DNA of 64,000 nucleotides from Chitinophagaceae bacterium (GTDB lineage Bacteria; Bacteroidota; Bacteroidia; Chitinophagales; Chitinophagaceae): NCBI GenBank assembly GCA_031546985.1, contig JAVBJN010000016.1, positions 32,931 to 96,930 of the forward strand, read 5' to 3'. Shown piece by piece: positions 56,556 to 64,000 of this stretch (position 1 is its first letter; each line of letters starts with the position of its first letter). The notes under the pieces were generated by a model. It saw only the letters and a program-made list of their open reading frames with translations, ran no database searches and was not told where the DNA came from. The position numbers and the translations under genes were made by a program.

Positions 56556-56923
56556 GCTTTCACTGGTTTTTCAATGAGCAACCACCGTCATTGACCGGTC
56601 ATTTTGTGCCGTTTACCGGAAAAACGGCTGCATTGGTCGATCTGTTATCGTGCGCAGCTAAGGTTCATTGTAGCTTTGCCCTGTAATAAAATACTGATTG
56701 CAGACCTCAGCAACCGTTTAGAAAAGCCAGTCAGTAATACCTTTTTGTATTTGAACAATTGATCGCAGGCAGCACTTCCGTAAGGGGTGCTGTTTGTGTT
56801 TAAAGGATAGGCTTGTTGTTATTTTTTTCCAACCATAGGGCCCCCGTCAAAAAAAATATTTCAGGTTTCGTGTGCAAATTTCCCGGTGGCTGCATCTCTA
56901 TTACAGAAACAAATCGGAAAATC

Positions 56924-58882
56924 ATGAAAACGATCCTGTCATATCTGACCATTGCATTGGTCTTCTTTAGCCATGTGGCCTGGGCTCAAAGCACCGGCAT
57001 AGCTGGTATTATAACCGATGTAAAAGGAAAACCGGTTGTGGGTGCAACCATTTTTGCAGAGCTGTCCGGGCAGCATAAAGGCACGGCAAGATCTGATAAG
57101 CAGGGGCATTACAGTCTTGTGCTAACAGCCGCTACAGGGTACACCATAAAAGTAAGCATGGCGGGATATGCACCGCAGCAAAGAGGTAATGTAAAGGTTA
57201 ATGCAGGCAAAACCACTGAGCTTAGTTTTACATTGGTTGCCGCTGCAACAAAAGATGTTTTGAGGCCACCGGTGGTGAAGACGGTAAAAGCAATGCCAGC
57301 AATAGAAAGACAGGCGGATATGAGTGTGTCGTATGAGTCGGCACCGCCAATGGTTGCACCTGTTGCCGATAAGGCCTATTACTACATAGCTCCCCAGGAG
57401 CGTGAAAGCCGTGCACAGCCACAGTACTATAATCCCAGCACCGAGTCTTACAAAAAGAACGCAGAGAACGATTTTATGTCGGTAAAAAGCAATCCGCTTT
57501 CTACTTTTTCAATCGATGTAGACAATGCTTCGTACAGCAACATCCGCAGGTTTATCAACTATGGCCAGGCGGTACCTGCCGATGCCGTGCGGATTGAGGA
57601 GATGGTCAATTATTTTCATTACAACTATCCGCAGCCCAAAGGCCCGCATCCCATCAGCATCACCAGCGAGGTGGCGCCTTGCCCCTGGAATCCCAAACAC
57701 CAATTGCTGCACATTGGCTTGCAGGGCAAAGACATTGATAAAGCCAAGCTGCCACCGTCTAATCTGGTATTTCTCATAGATGTGTCCGGTTCTATGAATT
57801 CAGAAAACAAATTGCCGTTGCTCAAGTCTGCATTCTCTTTGCTGGTGCAAAACCTGCGTCCGCAGGATAGGGTAGCCATTGTGACCTATGCCGGCAATGC
57901 TGGCCTGGTGCTGCCTTCTACTTCGGGTAGCGACAAAAAAACGATACTGGCCGCGCTGGATCAATTAAGTGCAGGAGGCTCTACAGCAGGCGGTGCCGGT
58001 ATTCAGCTGGCGTATAATGTAGCCAAACAATATTACATTGATGGAGGCAACAACCGGGTTATACTGGCTACCGACGGCGACTTTAATGTAGGTACCTCCA
58101 ACAACAATGAGCTGGAAGATCTGATTGTTTCTAAACGAAAAGATGGTGTTTTTCTCACTTGCCTGGGCTTTGGTATGGGCAATTATAAAGATGATAAAAT
58201 GGAGCTGCTGGCCGATAAAGGCAATGGAAACTATGCGTATATCGACAATATCCAGGAGGCGCGTAAAACCCTGGTGAGTGAGTTTGGTGGCACACTGTTT
58301 ACCATTGCCAAAGATGTAAAAGCACAGATCGAATTTAATCCTGCCCGCGTGCAAGGTTACCGCCTTATTGGTTACGAAAACAGGATGCTGAATACCGAAG
58401 ACTTTAAAGACGATAAAAAAGACGCAGGCGAAATGGGCGCTGGCCACACCGTAACCATGTTGTATGAATTGATTCCTGTGGGTGTAGAAAGCGATGCTTT
58501 GCGTGGTACCGATGGGCTGAAATACCAGAAAACATTACCCGCTTCGGGCGGCAATAGCAAAGAATGGGCTACTGTAAAATTCCGTTACAAAAAACCCGAT
58601 GGTGATAAGAGTATAGAAATGTCGAGCCCCATTGTTGACCGCCCCGATCGTTTGGGACTGACTTCTGATAATTTCCGTTTTTCGGCTTCTGTAGCCTTAT
58701 GGGGTATGCTGCTGAAAAACTCTGCCTATAAGGGCTCTGGTACCTATGATCTGGTACTGAACCTTGCTAAAAATGCTTTGGATAACGATGACGAAGGGTA
58801 CCGGTCAGAGTATATAAGACTGGTAAAAGCAGCAATGCCACAGACTACAGGTGTTGCAATTGAAGACCAGAACGAGAAATAA
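56924..58882 (+). CDS. secreted von Willebrand factor A (VWA) domain protein with N-terminal carboxypeptidase-regulatory-like domain (YfbK-like)
   Basis: Signal peptide. GIITDVKGKPVVGATIF. MIDAS motif LVFLIDVSGSMN. DUF3520-like C-terminus. Confidence 0.8.
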   Translation: MKTILSYLTIALVFFSHVAWAQSTGIAGIITDVKGKPVVGATIFAELSGQHKGTARSDKQGHYSLVLTAATGYTIKVSMAGYAPQQRGNVKVNAGKTTELSFTLVAAATKDVLRPPVVKTVKAMPAIERQADMSVSYESAPPMVAPVADKAYYYIAPQERESRAQPQYYNPSTESYKKNAENDFMSVKSNPLSTFSIDVDNASYSNIRRFINYGQAVPADAVRIEEMVNYFHYNYPQPKGPHPISITSEVAPCPWNPKHQLLHIGLQGKDIDKAKLPPSNLVFLIDVSGSMNSENKLPLLKSAFSLLVQNLRPQDRVAIVTYAGNAGLVLPSTSGSDKKTILAALDQLSAGGSTAGGAGIQLAYNVAKQYYIDGGNNRVILATDGDFNVGTSNNNELEDLIVSKRKDGVFLTCLGFGMGNYKDDKMELLADKGNGNYAYIDNIQEARKTLVSEFGGTLFTIAKDVKAQIEFNPARVQGYRLIGYENRMLNTEDFKDDKKDAGEMGAGHTVTMLYELIPVGVESDALRGTDGLKYQKTLPASGGNSKEWATVKFRYKKPDGDKSIEMSSPIVDRPDRLGLTSDNFRFSASVALWGMLLKNSAYKGSGTYDLVLNLAKNALDNDDEGYRSEYIRLVKAAMPQTTGVAIEDQNEK

Positions 58883-58887
58883 TAAAA

Positions 58888-58918
58888 AAGTCCCCGCAGC
58901 AGTGCGGGGACTTTTTTT
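58888..58918. terminator. bidirectional terminator
   Basis: gtccccgca…tgcggggac stem followed by TTTTTTT. Confidence 0.7.
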
Positions 58919-58933
58919 GATTGCTATTAAGAT

Positions 58934-61303
58934 TTAGAGGTTTACGTTAAACGTAATGCGGTAAGCCGCGCCTTTACCTTTAATGTAGTTATCGTTTCTG
59001 GCTGTAAATTGAGAGCGGGCTGTGTAATAATCTTCGTTAAGGAGGTTTTCTATACCCAGGCTCAGCGATGTAGTGGGGTTAAATTTATAGCCCACCAGCG
59101 CGTTTACCAGGTTGTAAGGATTAACCGGACCTTTGAAAGGATCGTACACTCCGGCAGCAGTTTTGGCAAAACGGTCTCTCTTGAGCACGCCCGTGTATTG
59201 CAGCAAAACGTTTAATTTCTCTGGTATAACGGTGTAGTCGATATGCCCGGCCAGTTTAGGGGCACCAATGCGCTGCCCTGTTATGTATTCGTCTTTGGTA
59301 TCGCTAAAATCGCCGTTGTTGTTCATGTCTACTTTGCCCTCTACATAAGTATAAGACACACCCGCCTGCAGGTTTTTAAGGATGCGGGCTTCCAGCGATA
59401 ATTCATAACCATAAATTCTTTCGGGGGTACGCTCTACGTAGTAAATACCGTTATCGTAACGGTTGTTTACACCCAGTTCCGACTTGCTCAGGTAGGCCGT
59501 AGCTTCGAATCGGATATTGTTATACTTGCTTACGAAACCGGCTTCGTAGTTGTTGATAATGATAGCTTCGGTATTGATCTTGGCAATATCGTTTACTTTG
59601 GCTGCACGTAAGGCAAGCCCTACATCTGACACGCTGAAGCCTTGTGAATAGCTCACGTAAGGCGAGAAAAATTCCGATACATTATACCGTAGTCCGGCGT
59701 TAAATACGAGTGCGTTATAATCAAGATTGCCACCTTTTACAGGAATGGATGGTGTAACTACGCCTGTTACTGTGTTTACAGCCGGCAGTGTTTCATAATC
59801 TTTTACACCAATATTAACCTTCTCGAATCTTACACCACCCTTGAACACCAGCGCCTGGGTCAGGTTTATTTTGGCTTGTGCAAAAGGAGCCAGGTTAAAC
59901 ATTTTCATTTCGGGTACCCATGTGCGGCCATCAACAAGTGGTTGGGAGGTCACATCGTTCTGCAGATCTACACCATAGGAGAAATTGGTTTTTACACGAC
60001 CTAAATCCACCGGGGTATTGAACACAAACCGGATACCGTTTTTCTTAGAGAGGATGCGGGAAGTCCCACCGTCTACAAACGATTTGGAGTAGAAGAATAC
60101 GTTGTCTACACTTTGGTAATACAGGTCTATATCATAATGGGTTCTTGCCAGTTTGGTATTGCCGGAGAACTGAACCGCTACGTTGTGGTTGCCTCTTACG
60201 CCTTGTGGCACCTCATTGGTTTGACCCAATACCGCGCTGGTTTTAATGCCTTTCATATAATCGCCGTCAACCGTCATGTAGTTGGTTTTTTGCTGGCTTT
60301 TATAGTAGTTGTAGGTAAACTGTACACTATGGTTGGCATTGAACTGGTAGCCCAGTTTTACAAATGCATTATAAGAATCGGTTTCGCCCAATCCATATAC
60401 GGGAGGCATTACATCACCTTTAGCATCTTTTTGCTCGCCTGTTTGCTCATATACACCGCTTACCACATAGCTAAACTTGCCTTTGGTACCGTAAAACATC
60501 TGGCTGAGCCTGCCGCCCATGCTGTTGGGTGCAGAAGTGAGCGAACCCGTTAATCCAACCGAGGTTTGGCTGTTAAGGGCCTTATCGGTATGTGGCATAC
60601 GGGTAATGTAGTTTACCAGGCCACCTGCGGCACCGTTGCCATAAATAGCGGTAGCGCCTTTAACCACCTCTACCCGCTCAATAACGGCAGGGTCAAGTGC
60701 GCGCATGTCCATAGAGCCATTACGCAAAGGCGTAGATTGTGGCACCCCATCAATCATAACCAGGAAGCTGCGGCCACGCAGGGTTTGGCCAGAGTTGCTG
60801 CTGAGTCCGGTGCTGGGTGCAAGACCCGGTACTTTATTCTCGAGGATATCGCCCAGGTTGCTGGTAATGCGCAGGTTTTGTTCCATCGCCTTCTGACCGA
60901 TAATGGTAACCGATGAAGGTACTTCGTCGATGGTTTCGGGCGTTCGGCCTGCAGATACAATGACTTCGCCCAGGCCTTTGGCATTTTTCTTCACTTTAAG
61001 ATCAAAGTGTCTTGCTGCGCCAGCCTCCAGCTCAATCGGTTGAATCAGTTTGTCGATGCCTGAGCCTTCTACCACCAGCGTATCATTTTGTTGGTTGCTG
61101 GTTTTAAACTCAAAAGAGCCATCGGCATTGGTAAGTGTGCTCATCCGCGAATGGGTGAGTTTTACATGCAGGTATCCGGTAGGTGTGCCATCAGTTGTTG
61201 TAATTTTTCCGGTAATTTTTCCGGGTGCTGTCTGGCTAAATACGGGTGATGCGCAAAGGGCCACTAAGCCCAGGGCAAGCATTTTTTTTGAGGAGCGTTC
61301 CAT
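58934..61303 (-). CDS. TonB-dependent outer-membrane receptor (CarboxypepD_reg plus plug plus beta-barrel)
   Basis: Signal peptide. GKITGKITTTDG. Plug domain. C-terminal YRITFNVNL barrel end. Confidence 0.85.
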   Translation of the reverse strand: MERSSKKMLALGLVALCASPVFSQTAPGKITGKITTTDGTPTGYLHVKLTHSRMSTLTNADGSFEFKTSNQQNDTLVVEGSGIDKLIQPIELEAGAARHFDLKVKKNAKGLGEVIVSAGRTPETIDEVPSSVTIIGQKAMEQNLRITSNLGDILENKVPGLAPSTGLSSNSGQTLRGRSFLVMIDGVPQSTPLRNGSMDMRALDPAVIERVEVVKGATAIYGNGAAGGLVNYITRMPHTDKALNSQTSVGLTGSLTSAPNSMGGRLSQMFYGTKGKFSYVVSGVYEQTGEQKDAKGDVMPPVYGLGETDSYNAFVKLGYQFNANHSVQFTYNYYKSQQKTNYMTVDGDYMKGIKTSAVLGQTNEVPQGVRGNHNVAVQFSGNTKLARTHYDIDLYYQSVDNVFFYSKSFVDGGTSRILSKKNGIRFVFNTPVDLGRVKTNFSYGVDLQNDVTSQPLVDGRTWVPEMKMFNLAPFAQAKINLTQALVFKGGVRFEKVNIGVKDYETLPAVNTVTGVVTPSIPVKGGNLDYNALVFNAGLRYNVSEFFSPYVSYSQGFSVSDVGLALRAAKVNDIAKINTEAIIINNYEAGFVSKYNNIRFEATAYLSKSELGVNNRYDNGIYYVERTPERIYGYELSLEARILKNLQAGVSYTYVEGKVDMNNNGDFSDTKDEYITGQRIGAPKLAGHIDYTVIPEKLNVLLQYTGVLKRDRFAKTAAGVYDPFKGPVNPYNLVNALVGYKFNPTTSLSLGIENLLNEDYYTARSQFTARNDNYIKGKGAAYRITFNVNL

Positions 61304-61460
61304 TGCTACTAATCGGGGTAATTAATGAACTGCAAAGTTGCGGAGATTAGCGATGGTACTGCTTCTGAATCCGAAATATGTTTTACAAAATGCGGAAAAT
61401 CTCAGGCGTATTTCGAGCCTGAGGGTAAATATATTTGGAATAAAGAAAGGAATAGGAGTA

Positions 61461-61497
61461 GAAAGAAAAACGGGATGCAATTATGGTGCATCCCGTT
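61461..61497 (-). terminator. terminator of hemL
   Basis: aacgggatgca/tgcatcccgtt stem followed by a T-run on the minus strand. Confidence 0.6.
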
Positions 61498-61505
61498 TGG
61501 TTATT

Positions 61506-62789
61506 TTAGAATAGAGCCAGCGCTTTTTTTGTTGCTGCAATGGTAGCATCCAGGTCTTCGTATGTGAGCGCATTGTTCAGGAACCAGCTTTCAAATGCCG
61601 AAGGCGGCAGGTACACACCCTGGTCCAGCATAGCATGGAAATACTTTTTAAAACGCTCAATATCACAAGCTGCTGCGGTAGCAAAATCGGTAACCGCGTG
61701 GTCTCCGAAATGGATACTGATCATAGAACCCAACCGGTTGATGGTGTATGGGATACCGCTTTCTTTTAGCACTTCATCAAGCCCCTTGTGCAGGTAAGCC
61801 GTTTTTTCTTCCAGTTCGGTATAGTGGCTGGTGTTGTTTTTCAGTTCGTTCAGTAAAGTGTAACCTGCAATCATGGCAATGGGGTTACCGCTTAAAGTGC
61901 CCGCCTGGTATACGTTTCCTAATGGTGCAATGTGTTCCATAATGACTCTTTTGCCACCAAAAGCACCCACTGGCATACCGCCGCCGATTACTTTGCCATA
62001 GGTTACGAGATCGGCCTGTACATTCAGTTTTTCCTGCGCACCGCCCGGAGCCAGACGAAACCCGGTCATTACCTCGTCGAAAATAAATACGATACCCTCA
62101 CGGTCGCAAATACTGCGCAGTCCTTCCAGGAAGCCCGGTTGCGGAATAATGCAACCCATATTACCTGCTACGGGCTCTACAATAATAGCAGCTATTTCAT
62201 CTTTGTTTTCGGCTACCAATTGTTCTACCGCTGCGAGATCATTGTAGGCGCAGGTCAATGTATCATTAGACACACCACCTGTAACACCTGGCACTGTTTG
62301 AATATTGAAAGTAGCTACGCCGCTGCCGGCCTTTACCAGAAAACTATCGGCATGGCCGTGGTAACAGCCTTCGAACTTGATGAATTTATTGCGACCGGTA
62401 TAGCCACGGGCCAAACGGAGCGCACTCATGCAGGCTTCGGTACCACTGCTTACCATGCGTATAAGATCTACATTCGGTGCCATGCTTTTGATAAGCTCGG
62501 CCATTTCGATCTCCAGTTCGGTAGGTGCTCCAAAAGAGGTAGAATTCACTACTTTCTCCTGTATGGCTTTTACTACCGGCTCGTAAGCATGGCCCAGTAT
62601 CATGGGTCCCCATGAAGCGATATAGTCGATGTATTTGTTTCCATCTGCATCAAACATATAAGCACCTTTGGCGCTGGTCATAAACACAGGCGTGCCGCCT
62701 ACATGTTTGAATGCCCGCACCGGTGAGTTCACCCCGCCGGGAATAGATTGTTGCGCGCGGTCGAAAAGTGTTTTGCTATTGGTATACAT
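61506..62789 (-). CDS. hemL: glutamate-1-semialdehyde 2,1-aminomutase
   Basis: N-terminal [17 protein letters not shown]. Class-III aminotransferase fold. 427 aa. Confidence 0.9.
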   Translation of the reverse strand: MYTNSKTLFDRAQQSIPGGVNSPVRAFKHVGGTPVFMTSAKGAYMFDADGNKYIDYIASWGPMILGHAYEPVVKAIQEKVVNSTSFGAPTELEIEMAELIKSMAPNVDLIRMVSSGTEACMSALRLARGYTGRNKFIKFEGCYHGHADSFLVKAGSGVATFNIQTVPGVTGGVSNDTLTCAYNDLAAVEQLVAENKDEIAAIIVEPVAGNMGCIIPQPGFLEGLRSICDREGIVFIFDEVMTGFRLAPGGAQEKLNVQADLVTYGKVIGGGMPVGAFGGKRVIMEHIAPLGNVYQAGTLSGNPIAMIAGYTLLNELKNNTSHYTELEEKTAYLHKGLDEVLKESGIPYTINRLGSMISIHFGDHAVTDFATAAACDIERFKKYFHAMLDQGVYLPPSAFESWFLNNALTYEDLDATIAATKKALALF

Positions 62790-62910
62790 GGTATGGTGTT
62801 CTGCTTTGGAAGATATTTAATGAATCAGGTGCGTATTAATAGTATTAGAATAAACCAGGTCAATAGTGAATGGTGAATCGTCAATACATAATACACATTG
62901 GGTCTGATAT

Positions 62911-63266
62911 CTAATTTGTGTTATTGATTAATTTACTCAGCATGGCAAATGTGCCAATTACCAAAGGGGTAATCTTGATAAGATGCTGGTCTGAAACGTA
63001 TTTTAGATCAGTAGCCGATTCCAGAATCGAGTCTACTTCGATTAATGAACCTCTAGAAATCTCCCAGAAACGTTTCCTTTCCTGAAACTCTGCTGGCACC
63101 TTCTGCAAGATTGAGCTTGACAGAGAAGACAGCCCTTTGAAGCTGATTGTACATATTGTATCGTTCGTGCTCGGGGAAGTAATGGTAGGATGTGATAGAT
63201 TTCAATAACGAGCAACCGCGATGATTGATAAACTTCCAGTTTTTTGTGATTAAGTCTTAGCATCAT
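62911..63266 (-). pseudogene. four-helix-bundle protein gene (23S rRNA intervening-sequence protein family), frameshifted
   Basis: Two overlapping ORFs in different frames. They carry the N-terminal KKLEVYQSSRLLVIEIY and C-terminal ISRGSLIEVDSILE family signatures respectively. Confidence 0.45.
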
Positions 63267-63438
63267 AGGATAAATTGGTTTTGTATTTTAATTTACAATT
63301 TATCTACACTCAGTTTCCTATTCACAATTGACCATTCACCATTCACTTTTGTTACTCGCTTTGGTCTCTCACCTCTTAGTCCCTTATTCAAAGGTGCCTG
63401 AGCCCCGCATGGGCGGGACAGGCTTTGTCGAAGGCCTG

Positions 63439-64000
<562 letters not shown>

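Noticed and set aside
56560-56812. 250-bp non-coding stretch upstream of the VWA gene as a structured RNA
   Set aside because: Only one modest hairpin (ccgtttaccgg…ccggaaaaacgg). No conserved riboswitch signature. More likely a plain promoter region.
61304-61460. Possible cobalamin or other riboswitch in the 5' leader of the TonB-dependent receptor
   Set aside because: No B12-box (GCCACTG-like) or other recognisable riboswitch core. Only a short hairpin is present.

Overview
This 64-kb window looks like a chromosomal segment from a Bacteroidota genome, probably Chitinophagaceae-like. The evidence is T9SS C-terminal sorting domains, a GldH-like lipoprotein, A-rich starts without Shine-Dalgarno sequences, and roughly 45-50% GC with AT-rich islands.

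Contents from start to end:
(i) 1-9.6 kb: the 3' part of a giant TcB-TcC-like Rhs/YD-repeat toxin (the 5' end lies outside the window). Its C-terminal toxin tip is followed by a translationally overlapping candidate immunity gene. Next come an IS5-family transposase remnant, a duplicated 'orphan' Rhs C-terminal cassette carrying a different toxin tip with its own candidate immunity gene, and an intact IS3-family element with an A-AAA-AAG -1 frameshift site.
(ii) 9.6-22 kb: ordinary and secreted genes. These are an S8 protease and a second T9SS cargo, a Zn-dependent alcohol dehydrogenase, an AAA ATPase, RtcB, a DUF2807 lipoprotein, a hipBA-like toxin-antitoxin pair and a DEAD-box helicase.
(iii) 22.2-30.9 kb: two adjacent giant Upf1/Dna2-family SF1 helicase-nuclease proteins, followed by a secreted thermonuclease. 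The first has a DUF4011 / helicase / DUF559 (Vsr-like) / DUF3320-like layout ('Hhe-like'). The second has a RecB-like PD-(D/E)xK nuclease plus helicase ('Nhi/Dna2-like'). Together they are a candidate defence locus.
(iv) 33.4-50.7 kb: the most unusual locus. An 11.5-kb gene encodes a 3,846-aa TcA-like (Tc toxin A-subunit-like) protein. It carries N-terminal beta-sandwich modules and, after the TcB-binding-like region, about 950 extra residues that include three tandem ~249-aa LamG/ConA-like repeats. A G8 homopolymer sits exactly at that junction. Five copies of a locus-specific 19-bp near-palindromic motif TGCGTAAATAsSTTACACA lie around the gene, three of them each followed about 55 nt later by an identical GCGGACGCCGTAACGTCC hairpin. 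Downstream is an operon encoding a small protein, a secreted protein, a polytopic-membrane patatin-like phospholipase and a signal-less M15 peptidoglycan peptidase. This is a candidate lysis-type toxin-release module.
(v) 50.8-64 kb: ordinary genes. These are a GAF/fRMsr protein, two histidine kinases, an OmpR-type regulator, YicC, a GldH-like protein, Rof, a DUF1328 protein, a VWA protein, a TonB-dependent receptor, hemL, a frameshifted four-helix-bundle gene, and the 3' part of hemB.

No rRNA, tRNA or CRISPR array was recognised.
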